Position numbers and translations under genes: made by a program
Shown here: piece by piece, positions 10,095-19,384 of the stretch
How the letters are laid out: each line of letters opens with the position of its first letter
Numbering within the stretch: position 1 is the first letter of the stretch
NCBI GenBank assembly: GCA_039920725.1
Contig: JBDSDC010000145.1
Coordinates: 14,080-78,079, forward strand
DNA: 64,000 bases
Source of the DNA: Croceibacterium sp.
Lineage (GTDB): Bacteria > Pseudomonadota > Alphaproteobacteria > Sphingomonadales > Sphingomonadaceae
Direction of reading: 5' to 3'
The notes under the pieces: generated by a model
What the model was told of the DNA's origin: nothing
Databases searched by the model: none
What the model saw: the letters and a program-made list of their open reading frames with translations, nothing else

Positions 10095-10622
10095 TCAGGC
10101 CGCCTCGGCCTCGACCTTCTCGGGATAGAAGCACGGCTCGCGGTCGGACCAGCCGGGCGCGGTGGCGGCGGCTTCGCTGAGCGATTGGAGCAATTGCTTG
10201 CGCCGGTGCGGGCGGATTTGCGGCAGCGCCGCGGCGCCGCAGAACGCGGCCGGCAGCCACGGACGGGCGCGGGCGCCGAGCAGCCGTTCGTAAAGAAAGC
10301 GATAGGCCGAGAAGCTGGTCAACTGCTCGAGCGCCAGGTCCTGCGCCGAAATGCGCATCAGCGGCCCCATGAAAGTCTCGAGCCCCGCCAGCGTGGTCTC
10401 GCACGGGACCGTGTCACGCAAACCGCGCAGCTCGCGATAGGCGAGGTGCTGGCCGCGAATCTTGGCGTCGCTTTTCTTGCCGCTGCCCCAGCGCTTGAAC
10501 GCGTCGGCGCGGCCCAGCCCGATGTCGAGCCCCTGCTCGATGTAGAGCTGCTCGTCCTCGGTGAAGCTGGCGAATTCGCGCAGCTCGGCGATGGTCAGCG
10601 ATGCGGTGCCGGTCTTGGCCAC
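10095..10622 (-). CDS. Conserved-looking hypothetical protein
   Basis: 175-aa ORF with typical codon bias, GGGGG SD before GTG; C-terminus APGWSDREPCFYPE. Confidence 0.75.
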   Translation of the reverse strand: MAKTGTASLTIAELREFASFTEDEQLYIEQGLDIGLGRADAFKRWGSGKKSDAKIRGQHLAYRELRGLRDTVPCETTLAGLETFMGPLMRISAQDLALEQLTSFSAYRFLYERLLGARARPWLPAAFCGAAALPQIRPHRRKQLLQSLSEAAATAPGWSDREPCFYPEKVEAEAA

Positions 10623-10662
10623 TTGTCACCCCCTGGTGTTCAAGTGGAGTGTCACCGATGTT

Positions 10663-10680
10663 GGTTAGCGTCCGGTAAAC
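10663..10680 (-). promoter_or_regulatory. CtrA-like box
   Basis: Minus strand GTTTA-N7-CTAACC versus consensus TTAA-N7-TTAAC; extra TTAAC half-site near 10717. Confidence 0.4.
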
Positions 10681-10818
10681 GCCCGCACCATTTGATTGCG
10701 TGTTTCATCGAAAGGATTAACTTTCCGCGCGCCGTCAATGCGGCATCGCTTGCGGCGCTGGTGCCCGCGGCGGGTTGAACACCGGCCGTCCAAGGTCGGA
10801 CCATCGGGGGTAATTGAT

Positions 10819-11655
10819 ATGCGCCATAAAACTATCGCGGCCGCGCTTGCTGCCGTTTCCTTGCTGTCCCTGGCCGCGTGCAACAGGCAACCGGCCGCGA
10901 ATGCGGGCGCGGATTCGGCAATGGTCCCGGCGGCGGCCGGCGGGATCGACGGCACCTGGAAGGCAGACCTGGCCACGGTGCAGATCGATTCCAAGCCGGA
11001 TGAGCTGCTGCTTAAGGATGGCAAGTTTTCCTGTGCCACGTGCACTCCGGCCTACACCGTCGCCGCCGACGGCGCGTTCCATGCGGTGACCCGGCCCTAC
11101 GCCGATAGCATGGCGGTCAAGATCGTCGACGAGCACACCGTGACCACATCCGCCAAGAAGGGCGGCGCGGCGGTCGGCGAAAACAAGTATTCGGTTTCGC
11201 CCGACGGCAAGACGCTGACCGTTGATTTTACCGACAGCTCGGTGCCGAACGCCACGCCGGTGAAGGGGAGCCTGACCGAAACCCGTTCGGCCGATGCACC
11301 TGGCGGGGCGCATGCGATTTCCGGATCGTGGAAAATCGACAAGTACAACAACATCTCCGACGAGGGCCTCACGGTCACCTTCAAGCTCAATGGCGACACG
11401 ATGCACATGAGCACCCCGTCGGGCGTGAGCTACGATGCCAAGGTCGGCGGACCCGACGTGGCAATAAAGGGCGATACCGCCGGCACCACCGCTGCCGTCA
11501 CCAAGTCGGGCGACAGCTACGTCGAGACCGACAAGCGGGACGGGAAGGTGATCAGCGTCACCACGATGACCGTGGGCGCCGACAGCAAGCTGCATGTCCT
11601 CAATGAAGACAAACGCAACGGCTCGACTGTCAAGTACGACGCCAACAAGGCGTAG
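10819..11655 (+). CDS. Lipoprotein with two internal beta-rich repeats
   Basis: LSLAAC lipobox; repeats begin IDGTWK and ISGSWK; strong codon bias. Confidence 0.8.
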   Translation: MRHKTIAAALAAVSLLSLAACNRQPAANAGADSAMVPAAAGGIDGTWKADLATVQIDSKPDELLLKDGKFSCATCTPAYTVAADGAFHAVTRPYADSMAVKIVDEHTVTTSAKKGGAAVGENKYSVSPDGKTLTVDFTDSSVPNATPVKGSLTETRSADAPGGAHAISGSWKIDKYNNISDEGLTVTFKLNGDTMHMSTPSGVSYDAKVGGPDVAIKGDTAGTTAAVTKSGDSYVETDKRDGKVISVTTMTVGADSKLHVLNEDKRNGSTVKYDANKA

Positions 11656-11663
11656 GCGGGCAA

Positions 11664-11695
11664 GGTTCCTCCTCGAGTTCGTCTCGGGGAGGACC
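11664..11695. terminator. Hairpin between convergent genes
   Basis: GGTTCCTCCTCGAG-TTCGT-CTCGGGGAGGACC; no U-tract. Confidence 0.45.
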
Positions 11696-11700
11696 GGCCG

Positions 11701-12684
11701 TTAGATCATGCCCGCTAGTGGGCTCGAGGGATCGGCGTAGCGACGGGTCGCCATGCGGCCCGCGAGATAGGCTTCGCGGCCTGCCTCGACCGCCAGCTTC
11801 ATCGCTCGGGCCATCCCGATCGGGTCCTTGGCCTCGGCGATCGCCGTGTTCATCAGCACCCCGTCGCAGCCCAGCTCCATCGCCACCGCGGCATCGCTGG
11901 CGGTACCGACCCCGGCGTCGACCAGCACCGGCACCGTGGCGCCTTCGACGATCAGGCGGATCGTAACCTTGTTCTGGATCCCGAGGCCCGACCCGATCGG
12001 CGCGCCTAGCGGCATGATCGCCACCGCGCCCAGGTCTTCCAGTTGCCGGGCGGCGATCGGATCGTCGGTGCAGTAGACCATCGGCTTGAAGCCTTCGCCC
12101 GCCAGGACTTCGGTCGCGCGCAGCGTCTCGCGCATGTCGGGATAGAGCGTCCGCGCCTCGCCCAGGACCTCGAGCTTCACCAAGTCCCAGCCGCCCGCCT
12201 CGCGCGCCAGCCTTAGCGTGCGGATCGCTTCGTCGGCGGTGAAGCAGCCGGCGGTATTGGGCAGGTAAGTGATCTTGGCCGGGTCGATATAATCCATCAG
12301 CACCGGCTGGCTGGGGTCGGAGATATTGACCCGCCGCACCGCCACCGTGACGATCTCGGCCCCGCTGGCCGCGACAGCGGCCGCGTTCTGCGCGAAGTCC
12401 TTGTACTTGCCGGTGCCGACGATCAGGCGTGAGCGGAACGTGCGGCCCGCCACTGTCCAGGTGTCGTCTGCCGGTCCGCCGCCGCCGACAAAATGGACGA
12501 TTTCGAGCACGTCGCCATCGGCCAGCGGTGCCAATTGCAGCGTCGAGCGGGGCACGATGGTGCCGTTGTGCTCGACCGCGACTTTTTCGGGCCTGAGCCC
12601 CAGTTCGCGCACCAGCTCGGCGATCGTCGCGGAAGCGGAGCGGCGGGGTTCGCCGTTGACGGTGAGGCTGCGGGGCGCGGTCAT
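11701..12684 (-). CDS. thiG: ThiS-ThiG fusion (sulfur carrier plus thiazole synthase)
   Basis: N-terminal ThiS ending EIVHFVGGG; ThiG motifs [34 protein letters not shown]. Confidence 0.95.
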   Translation of the reverse strand: MTAPRSLTVNGEPRRSASATIAELVRELGLRPEKVAVEHNGTIVPRSTLQLAPLADGDVLEIVHFVGGGGPADDTWTVAGRTFRSRLIVGTGKYKDFAQNAAAVAASGAEIVTVAVRRVNISDPSQPVLMDYIDPAKITYLPNTAGCFTADEAIRTLRLAREAGGWDLVKLEVLGEARTLYPDMRETLRATEVLAGEGFKPMVYCTDDPIAARQLEDLGAVAIMPLGAPIGSGLGIQNKVTIRLIVEGATVPVLVDAGVGTASDAAVAMELGCDGVLMNTAIAEAKDPIGMARAMKLAVEAGREAYLAGRMATRRYADPSSPLAGMI

Positions 12685-12702
12685 CGCCCGGGCAGATAAA
12701 CC

Positions 12703-13074
12703 CTAATGCGCGCGGCGCAAGTTGAGCACGTGTCCGGCCGCGACCAGGCTAACGCCGAGTACCGTCAAAACCGCTTCTTCGACGCCGTGCTGCACGGCCA
12801 GTCCGCCGCCCATGAAGCTGAGCCCGGTCATTGCCACCACGAACGGCGCGCGCCGTCCGTGGCGCAGCGCGCCAAGGCCAATAGCGACGCCCGCGATTAT
12901 GGTCGCGAACAGCAGTCCCACCCGGTGGATCGCCGGATTGAGCAGCAACCCGCCGCTGAGCCCAAGCCCGAGCACGATCACTATCCCGAGCACGCAATGC
13001 ACTGCGCACAGGCCTGATAAAATCATGCCGAAGCGGTCCAACTGGCCGCGAATCCGGATCAGGGCGGGACTCAT
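12703..13074 (-). CDS. MerC-domain membrane protein
   Basis: LDRFGMILSGLCAVHC motif, four hydrophobic segments, C-terminal H..N; start at ATG 13074. Confidence 0.85.
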   Translation of the reverse strand: MSPALIRIRGQLDRFGMILSGLCAVHCVLGIVIVLGLGLSGGLLLNPAIHRVGLLFATIIAGVAIGLGALRHGRRAPFVVAMTGLSFMGGGLAVQHGVEEAVLTVLGVSLVAAGHVLNLRRAH

Positions 13075-13080
13075 CGCGCC

Positions 13081-13109
13081 CATCTATGTAACTGTATAAC
13101 GTTGCGCAA
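13081..13109 (-). promoter_or_regulatory. Promoter TTGCGC-N17-TAGATG with a Zur-like box in the spacer
   Basis: ATGTAAC-TGT-ATAACGT at 13086-13102 resembles ATGTTAT-N3-ATAACAT (11/14). Confidence 0.6.
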
Positions 13110-13172
13110 CCCCTGTGCGGTCGAATGCCTCTCCCCTTGCGATCAGTCGCAAGCAGCGGCAAACGGTGCTCC

Positions 13173-14237
13173 ATGTTGGTTCGGGCAGCACATCCGGCGG
13201 GGGAAATCGCCGCACGCTTCGCGCCGGCTCGTCCGCTTGCGGTGGCGCGCTGGCTGCTCGCGGTGGCGGCGCTGGTGATCGTGATGGTTGTGGTCGGCGG
13301 GATCACGCGGCTGACCGAAAGCGGACTGTCGATCACCGAGTGGAAGCCGATCACGGGAGCGCTGCCGCCGCTGAGCGAGGCGCAATGGCAAGCCGAATTC
13401 CATGCCTACCAGCAGATCGGCGAATATCGCCAGATCAAGGGCCCGGGCGGAATGACGCTGGGCGATTACAAGTTCATCTATTTCTGGGAGTTTCTGCACC
13501 GCCTGATCGGACGGCTGATCGGCCTGGCGTTCGCGCTTCCGCTGGCGTGGTTCTGGCTGCGCGGCGCAATTCCCCGCGGGTACACGCCGCGGCTGCTGGC
13601 CCTACTCGCGCTCGGCGGCCTGCAGGGCGTGTTCGGCTGGTACATGGTCCGCTCGGGCTTGTCCGGTCAGGTCACCGACGTCAGCCACTTCTGGCTCTCG
13701 ATTCACCTGCTGACCGCTTTGGTCACGCTCGCCGGCCTGGTGTGGACTGCGCTCGACCTGATCGGTCTTCACCACACCGGCACCGCGCACCCTGCCAGGT
13801 TGACACTGCTGGCCGCCGGCACCGGCGCGATCCTGGTCGTCCAGCTGATGCTGGGCGCGTGGGTCGCCGGCCTCGACGCCGGGCACGCCTCGAACACCTG
13901 GCCGCTGATGCAGGGCGGGCTGTTCCCGAGCGCCGACTGGTCGAGAGGCGCCGGCTGGGCCTTCACCCATGACCCGTTCCTGATCCATTTCCTGCATCGC
14001 TGGTGGGCGTGGGCCGTGATGGCCGGGCTGGTGATCCTGGCGCGCAAGGCCAAGCCGTTCGAGCGCCGCGCCTCGACCGCGATCCACGCGGCCGTGGGCA
14101 CGCAGATCGTGCTCGGCATCGCGACCGTGTTGTCGGGCGTCGAACTGGAGCTGGCGGGCATGCACCAGTTGGTTGGCGCGCTGCTGGTCGCGGCGACGGC
14201 GTGGGGGGCCCACGCCGTGGGCAGGCACGCAGCATGA
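13173..14237 (+). CDS. ctaA: Heme A synthase (COX15/CtaA)
   Basis: VGGITRLTESGLSITEWKP; FWEFLHRLIGR; GWYMVRSG; HRWWA; HQ. Confidence 0.95.
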   Translation: MLVRAAHPAGEIAARFAPARPLAVARWLLAVAALVIVMVVVGGITRLTESGLSITEWKPITGALPPLSEAQWQAEFHAYQQIGEYRQIKGPGGMTLGDYKFIYFWEFLHRLIGRLIGLAFALPLAWFWLRGAIPRGYTPRLLALLALGGLQGVFGWYMVRSGLSGQVTDVSHFWLSIHLLTALVTLAGLVWTALDLIGLHHTGTAHPARLTLLAAGTGAILVVQLMLGAWVAGLDAGHASNTWPLMQGGLFPSADWSRGAGWAFTHDPFLIHFLHRWWAWAVMAGLVILARKAKPFERRASTAIHAAVGTQIVLGIATVLSGVELELAGMHQLVGALLVAATAWGAHAVGRHAA

Positions 14238-14566
14238 CGCCCCAGGGGCCAGCCCTGATCTGGTGCCTGTTCGGCGACGAGGCGAGCGCGGCGGAAATCG
14301 CCGGCCGTCTGCTCGACGAAGGGCTGATCGGGTGCGCCAATATCTTGCCGCGGATTCGCTCGCTCTATGTGTGGCGCGGGGCGCGGCACGATTCGGCGGA
14401 GAGCGCGGCGCTGTTCAAGACCGACGCCGCGTTGCTGGGCCGCGCGACCGCGCGGATCGCCGAGCTCCATCCTTACGACTCGCCGGCCGTGCTGGGCTGG
14501 CGAACCGATGCCGCTCCCGCCGCAGCCACGGCCTGGCTCGCCGAGCTGGCGGAGGCGGCCCGATGA
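14234..14566 (+). CDS. cutA: Divalent-cation tolerance protein CutA
   Basis: LIGCANI, SLYVWRG, E...LFKT, LHPYDSP; ATGA-coupled to ctaA. Confidence 0.9.
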   Translation: MTPQGPALIWCLFGDEASAAEIAGRLLDEGLIGCANILPRIRSLYVWRGARHDSAESAALFKTDAALLGRATARIAELHPYDSPAVLGWRTDAAPAAATAWLAELAEAAR

Positions 14567-15291
14567 TCGTCGCCGACCGCCGTCAGATGCTTCGCCTGGC
14601 GGCCGCGGCGGCGCTTCTGCCGGTGCTTGCGGCCCGGTCGGCCAGTGCGCTTCCGGCGACGCGGTTCGCACCGCCGAGCGCGCCCATGCGCTATACCCGC
14701 ACGTTGCGGCGCGAGCTCGCCGGGGGCGCGGCCATCGTCGTCAGCCGTAGCTTCTCGGTCCGCTTCATGCCGCTCGCCGCCGGCTTCCGCATCGACGGCG
14801 AGCAAGTGGCGGTTTCGGTCGCCGCGCCGCCGGCGCTGGCCCGGTTCGCCGAGCTTGAGCGCGAGCGGCGCGAGTTGGGTCTGTTTCCGCTCGTTCTCGA
14901 CAATCGCGGACTGATTACCGGCGCACCCTCGGCGATCGATACCGCCGGGCTCGATGAAGCGGTGAAGGCCGCCGCCAAGCGGTTCGATGTGGCCGGCTTC
15001 GCGCCCGGCGAACGGTCCGAAGCCGACCGCTTCGTGAGCGCGCTTCACCAGGATGCCTCCCGGCTGGTTACGGCCTTGCCGCGCGACTTGTTCGCCCCGA
15101 GCAAGTTACAAAGTGCCGCGACCCGCGACGTGATGCTGCCCGATGGCGGGCAAGGCGTAGTAACGGTGCGCTTCACCGCCCAGACGGACCCGGCGACGGG
15201 GCTGATGAAACAGGCGCAGCGCGAGGTCGTGACCAACTTGTCGGGCGACCAGCGCCGCACGATCGAAGACTGGAGCCTGGCCCTGCTATAA
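14563..15291 (+). CDS. Hypothetical protein with Tat-like signal peptide
   Basis: MIVADRRQMLRLAAAAALL...ASA; ATGA-coupled to cutA. Confidence 0.7.
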   Translation: MIVADRRQMLRLAAAAALLPVLAARSASALPATRFAPPSAPMRYTRTLRRELAGGAAIVVSRSFSVRFMPLAAGFRIDGEQVAVSVAAPPALARFAELERERRELGLFPLVLDNRGLITGAPSAIDTAGLDEAVKAAAKRFDVAGFAPGERSEADRFVSALHQDASRLVTALPRDLFAPSKLQSAATRDVMLPDGGQGVVTVRFTAQTDPATGLMKQAQREVVTNLSGDQRRTIEDWSLALL

Positions 15292-15334
15292 CTTAGAGGT
15301 ATTATTTTACCTCTCGCCAAAGCCGCGTGAAAGC

Positions 15335-15370
15335 TTGACTTTCTGGCCTTTGCCGGACAAATGGCCCGCT
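15335..15370 (+). promoter_or_regulatory. rplM-rpsI promoter
   Basis: TTGACT-N17-CAAATG followed by a GC-rich discriminator. Confidence 0.5.
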
Positions 15371-15437
15371 TCGCGGCCGGACGGCACCCGCTCTCCGGGC
15401 TGGCGACAACTTGTACACAAAGGGACTTACCAGGGCC

Positions 15438-15917
15438 ATGAAGGCGCTCAGCAAGGTCACCCGGTCGGTCAACCCGGCCGAGGTCGAAAAGAAATGGCAC
15501 CTGATCGATGCCGAAGGGCTGGTCGTCGGCCGCCTCGCCACGATCGTCGCCAACATCCTGCGCGGCAAGCACAAGCCGAGCTTCACCCCCCACGTCGATT
15601 GCGGTGACCATGTGGTCATCGTCAATGTCGAAAAGGTCCGCTTCACCGGCAAGAAGCGGGACGAGAAGACCTATTACAAGCACACCGGCTATGCCGGCGG
15701 GATCAAGGCGATCACCGCCGACAAGGTGCTCGACGGGCGCTTCCCCGAGCGGGTGATGGAAAAGGCGGTCGAGCGGATGATCCCGCGCGGGCCGCTGGGC
15801 CGCCAGCAGATGAAGGCGCTACACCTCTACGCCGGCTCCGAGCATCCGCACGCGGGCACTCAGCCCCAGCCGCTCGACGTCGCCTCGATGAACCGCAAGA
15901 ACAAGGCCGCCGCGTAA
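15438..15917 (+). CDS. rplM: 50S ribosomal protein L13
   Basis: [13 protein letters not shown]...[17 protein letters not shown]; HTGYAGG; HPHAG. Confidence 0.98.
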   Translation: MKALSKVTRSVNPAEVEKKWHLIDAEGLVVGRLATIVANILRGKHKPSFTPHVDCGDHVVIVNVEKVRFTGKKRDEKTYYKHTGYAGGIKAITADKVLDGRFPERVMEKAVERMIPRGPLGRQQMKALHLYAGSEHPHAGTQPQPLDVASMNRKNKAAA

Positions 15918-16456
15918 TGGCTACCGAACCGAACACCGAAACCGCTCCCGAAACGCTAACTGATTTCGCCGATCTCGCCACTCTTGGAGGCGGCAGCGGT
16001 GAAGCCTCCGCCCCGGTCAAGGCCGGGGGCGGTCCCGCCGCCCCGCTGCGCGAGCAAGAGCTCGACAAGCAGGGCCGCGCTTATGCCACCGGCCGCCGCA
16101 AGGACGCCGTCGCCCGCGTGTGGCTGAAGCCCGGCAGCGGCAAGATCACGGTCAACGGCCGCGATCAGGAAGTCTATTTCGCGCGTCCGACGCTGCGCCT
16201 GGTGATCAACCAGCCGTTCGCGATCTCCGAGCGTGAAGGCCAGTACGACGTGGTCTGCACCGTTGCCGGCGGGGGCCTTTCGGGCCAGGCCGGTGCGGTC
16301 AAGCACGGCATCAGCCAGGCGCTGTCCAAGTATGAGCCGAAGCTGCGCCTCACGGTCAAGGCCGCCGGGTTCCTGACGCGCGACAGCCGCGTGGTCGAGC
16401 GCAAGAAGTACGGCCGCGCCAAAGCCCGCAAGAGCTTCCAGTTCTCGAAGCGCTGA
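15917..16456 (+). CDS. rpsI: 30S ribosomal protein S9
   Basis: [12 protein letters not shown]; [10 protein letters not shown]; [14 protein letters not shown]; QFSKR. Confidence 0.98.
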   Translation: MATEPNTETAPETLTDFADLATLGGGSGEASAPVKAGGGPAAPLREQELDKQGRAYATGRRKDAVARVWLKPGSGKITVNGRDQEVYFARPTLRLVINQPFAISEREGQYDVVCTVAGGGLSGQAGAVKHGISQALSKYEPKLRLTVKAAGFLTRDSRVVERKKYGRAKARKSFQFSKR

Positions 16457-16476
16457 GGCCAACGGCGCACGATACG

Positions 16477-16504
16477 AGGGCGGTCCTGCGGGGCCGCCCT
16501 TTTT
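16477..16504 (+). terminator. Intrinsic terminator of rplM-rpsI
   Basis: AGGGCGGTCC-TGCG-GGGCCGCCCT followed by TTTT. Confidence 0.85.
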
Positions 16505-16544
16505 CGTTGGCGAGAAACTGGCCCGCGCATAGACGTGAGTGCCG

Positions 16545-17432
16545 ATGAACCCGCTCGGCAGCTTCCCAAGGTCCTTGCTGCGCTACTGTGCCGCGCTCGC
16601 GATGCTGCTGGCACTGAGCGGATGTATCGCGGCCGTCGCGGTGCCGCTCGTAGCGGGCGGCATGCTCAAGGCGCGCGATACCGCGCGTGTGCGCGCTGCT
16701 ACCCGCATCTCCAAAGCGCCCGGGGAGCCCAAGGGCAGGGCCCCGAATGCCGCGCCATCCGCTTCTGTGACAGTTCGGCTCGCGACCGCAGAGGAAATTG
16801 CCAAATTTGAAAATCCTGGCCAGTCGGCCGCACCGCCGAACGAGCCTTCTGCCTACGATCTGTGGCGGCCGTTCTTCGATTACGCTTTGACGCATGCGAA
16901 GGCCCATGCGACTGCCCCCGAGGCCGCGTTACCATCCGCGGTCTTGGCAGCTGGCGGAAACATCGCCGCGCCGATCCGGCGACCTTGCACTTCGCCTCAC
17001 CCCGCAGTGATCATAGACCTCGATGAAGGCTCCACTCCGTTTAGCCCCTCGAACGCGGGTATTGCGCCGCCTGACGTGGCGAACGGCCTGCAACGGTTGC
17101 GCCAGGCTGGCGTGGTCATCCTGTGGATTTCGCAACTGCCTTCGGCCCGGGTGGCGGATGTTGCCGGCGCGCTGAGGGCTTCGGGCTTTGATCCCAAGAA
17201 TGCGGATCAGTTGCTGCTGCGCCGCGGGTCCGACGATCGCAAGCAGGCGCTACGGGCAGACAGCACCGCCGACGTATGCGTGATCGCGATCGCCGGAGAT
17301 CGGCGCGCGGATTTCGACGAGCTGTTCGATTACTTGCGCAATCCAGCTGGAGCCGCCGGGCTGTACCCGATGATGGACCAGGGGTGGTTCCTGATGCCGG
17401 CCCCGTTCGGTACCAGCCTGCCCGAACAGTAA
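16545..17432 (+). CDS. HAD-superfamily lipoprotein (class C acid phosphatase-like)
   Basis: LSGC lipobox; AVIIDLDE motif I; K; IAGDRRADF motif. Confidence 0.65.
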   Translation: MNPLGSFPRSLLRYCAALAMLLALSGCIAAVAVPLVAGGMLKARDTARVRAATRISKAPGEPKGRAPNAAPSASVTVRLATAEEIAKFENPGQSAAPPNEPSAYDLWRPFFDYALTHAKAHATAPEAALPSAVLAAGGNIAAPIRRPCTSPHPAVIIDLDEGSTPFSPSNAGIAPPDVANGLQRLRQAGVVILWISQLPSARVADVAGALRASGFDPKNADQLLLRRGSDDRKQALRADSTADVCVIAIAGDRRADFDELFDYLRNPAGAAGLYPMMDQGWFLMPAPFGTSLPEQ

Positions 17433-17436
17433 CCGG

Positions 17437-18294
17437 TCAATGCACCGGCGGGTCGGTGCGCGGGACCTGATTGACGGGGGCTACGGGCTGCCCCGGTTCG
17501 CGCGGGGGAAGCGCGTTTTCGGGCACATCGTCGATTTGCATGTCGGAGGTGTCGACATCCTGCAGATTGCGCGCCTCGACCGCCAAGGTCGTCCCGTCCC
17601 ATCGCAGCGCGTTGAAGCTCGGCGGGGTCGAGCGGAGTCGCTGCGAGAGCGTGCCCGCGCCGATCATCCGCACCGGCCCTGCCTCGGTCTGCTCGATGAG
17701 ATCAAACGGATCGTGCACGTGCCCGCTCAGCACCGCCAGCACCGCCGGGCGCCGGGCCAGCTCGGTGAGCGCGCGCTGGCCGCCGTGAGTCAGCGCGGTC
17801 CCCATCGTGCCCACCTCGCGCAAGGGGTGATGAACAGCCACGAGCGCGCGCGTGCCGGCCGGCAGCGCGTCGATTGCCGCCAGGCACTTGCCCAGCGCGG
17901 CCCCGGTCACCCAGCCCTTCGACCAGTTGAAGCGCGGTTGCATCCGCACCGTGGTCTTGAGCGGAACAATGGCCAGGCCGGGCACCGCCAGTTCGCGCTC
18001 GAGCACATGCTCGATGGCGCGGAACCGGCCGTATGGGCGCAAGAAGCGCTCGAACAGGTTGAAGTACGGCAAGTCGTGATTGCCGGCCTCGACGGTGACC
18101 GGCACCTCGAGCGCGCGGACCCACCGGCACGCGGCGGTGAATTCGCGGCGGCGCGCGCGCATGGTCATGTCGCCGGTGATGGCCACGGCGGCCGGCTGCT
18201 GTTCGGCAATCTCCTGCTTGACCCAGTCGAGCGCGCGATTGTTCTCGAGCCCGAAGTGAATGTCGCTGAGGTGGAACAAGAGCGTCTCGGCCAT
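17437..18294 (-). CDS. Metallophosphoesterase (calcineurin-like)
   Basis: SDIHFG, TGD, GNHD, HHP, GHVH. Confidence 0.9.
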   Translation of the reverse strand: MAETLLFHLSDIHFGLENNRALDWVKQEIAEQQPAAVAITGDMTMRARRREFTAACRWVRALEVPVTVEAGNHDLPYFNLFERFLRPYGRFRAIEHVLERELAVPGLAIVPLKTTVRMQPRFNWSKGWVTGAALGKCLAAIDALPAGTRALVAVHHPLREVGTMGTALTHGGQRALTELARRPAVLAVLSGHVHDPFDLIEQTEAGPVRMIGAGTLSQRLRSTPPSFNALRWDGTTLAVEARNLQDVDTSDMQIDDVPENALPPREPGQPVAPVNQVPRTDPPVH

Positions 18295-19139
18295 TACGCG
18301 GTCGCTAGCAGATCGACCTCGGACCGCACTAGTGTGAACTCTTCCTCGGCCCCGCATTCGGACTGTTCGCCATCGATCAACAAACCGAACGCACTGCCCC
18401 CGGTGCTGGCCAGGCGCACGCGAGTGGGCGTGCCGAGACGGTCGTGCGGCCCCTGGCGGAAATCGCGCTTGGCCAGCGCCCAGGCCTGGTCGAGATAATC
18501 CTTAGCCGTGGTGGCGGCGTAAGCGTCGATTTCAATTCCTACGTCGGTCGGGGTCAGGTTGATCAGCGGATAGCCCTCGTCGTTGCCGACTTTGGGCTCG
18601 AGGCAGGCAATCTGCTTCCCGGTCAACGTTTCCTGAATGGCGTTGATCGCGGTCCCCGCCATCTCCAGCGCGGCCTGATCTCGCATCGCCTCGCGAACGC
18701 TGCCCCAGCTGGCACCCGGACCCGCCAGCACGCCCGCGAGCGCATCGCCATGGCGCGATCGGATTATGCCGGGGCGATGTCGTCGGGCATCGCCGTCGGC
18801 CAGCGCCGCAATCACCTCGTCCAGCGAGCGTTCGCCGTGGAGCCGGTGATAGAGCAGGTTCATCGTACCGCCCGCGAGGACCAGCACGGCACCGCTCCAC
18901 CCGGCCAGCGTCCCGATCAGGGCATTGACGGTGCCATCGCCGGCAAACACCGCCAGGCACTCGATCACGGCTGCGTCGAGGATCGCCGGGGTCGGCAAGT
19001 CCTGCTCGGGGAAAACCGTGCGGTGCGCGATCCGGAACCCGTGGCTGCCTAAGCATTGGTCGAGCTCTTCCAGCGCCTTGCCGTCGTTGCTCCCGCTGGC
19101 CGCATTGTTGACCAGCCAAATCGATCGCGCTCCGTCCAT
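18294..19139 (-). CDS. Diacylglycerol/lipid kinase family protein
   Basis: N.ASG, AGDGTVN, GGTMN, IDGE. Confidence 0.85.
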   Translation of the reverse strand: MDGARSIWLVNNAASGSNDGKALEELDQCLGSHGFRIAHRTVFPEQDLPTPAILDAAVIECLAVFAGDGTVNALIGTLAGWSGAVLVLAGGTMNLLYHRLHGERSLDEVIAALADGDARRHRPGIIRSRHGDALAGVLAGPGASWGSVREAMRDQAALEMAGTAINAIQETLTGKQIACLEPKVGNDEGYPLINLTPTDVGIEIDAYAATTAKDYLDQAWALAKRDFRQGPHDRLGTPTRVRLASTGGSAFGLLIDGEQSECGAEEEFTLVRSEVDLLATA

Positions 19140-19209
19140 TGGCGACTAGCGAATGCCGCACCGCAAGGTTCCCGGTATTGCCTTCCGGTCGCGCCGCCGG
19201 CCGCCAAAC

Positions 19210-19285
19210 GCGCTTCGCCGGTTGCGGTGGGCGGTTTGTCGGACCGCCCCGCCGCCGGTCGAACACTGCGCGGACGTGGTCGAAG
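19210..19285 (+). promoter_or_regulatory. Two pairs of LytTR-type direct repeats (21-bp period)
   Basis: CGCTTCGCCGG/CGGTTTGTCGG (cores 19217, 19238) and CGCCGGTCGAA/ACGTGGTCGAA (cores 19258, 19279). Confidence 0.6.
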
Positions 19286-19384
19286 GGGCCAAGCGGGGCC
19301 GGCTTGGACGGCCTATTCCTCTCCTTGGGCGACGGACCATCCTCCGGACACCCAGGCCGGAGCACCGCCGCAATAAGGAGCAAG

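Noticed and set aside
10765-10800. GGTTGAA/GGTCGGA pair 21 bp apart upstream of the lipoprotein
   Set aside because: Poor match to the LytTR box, and too close to the ATG: the geometry of the other sites would put the -10 inside the CDS
11701-12684. ThiS-ThiG fusion as a novelty
   Set aside because: Such fusions are already known in alphaproteobacteria
15394-15408. GGGCTGGCGAC shared between the rplM leader and the carD leader loop (about 49608-49618, minus strand)
   Set aside because: An 11-nt GC-rich match is plausible by chance; no shared flanking structure seen
19319-19381. CTCCTT anti-SD complementary to the UrcA AAGGAG
   Set aside because: It falls in the discriminator upstream of the predicted TSS (~19326), so it is probably not transcribed
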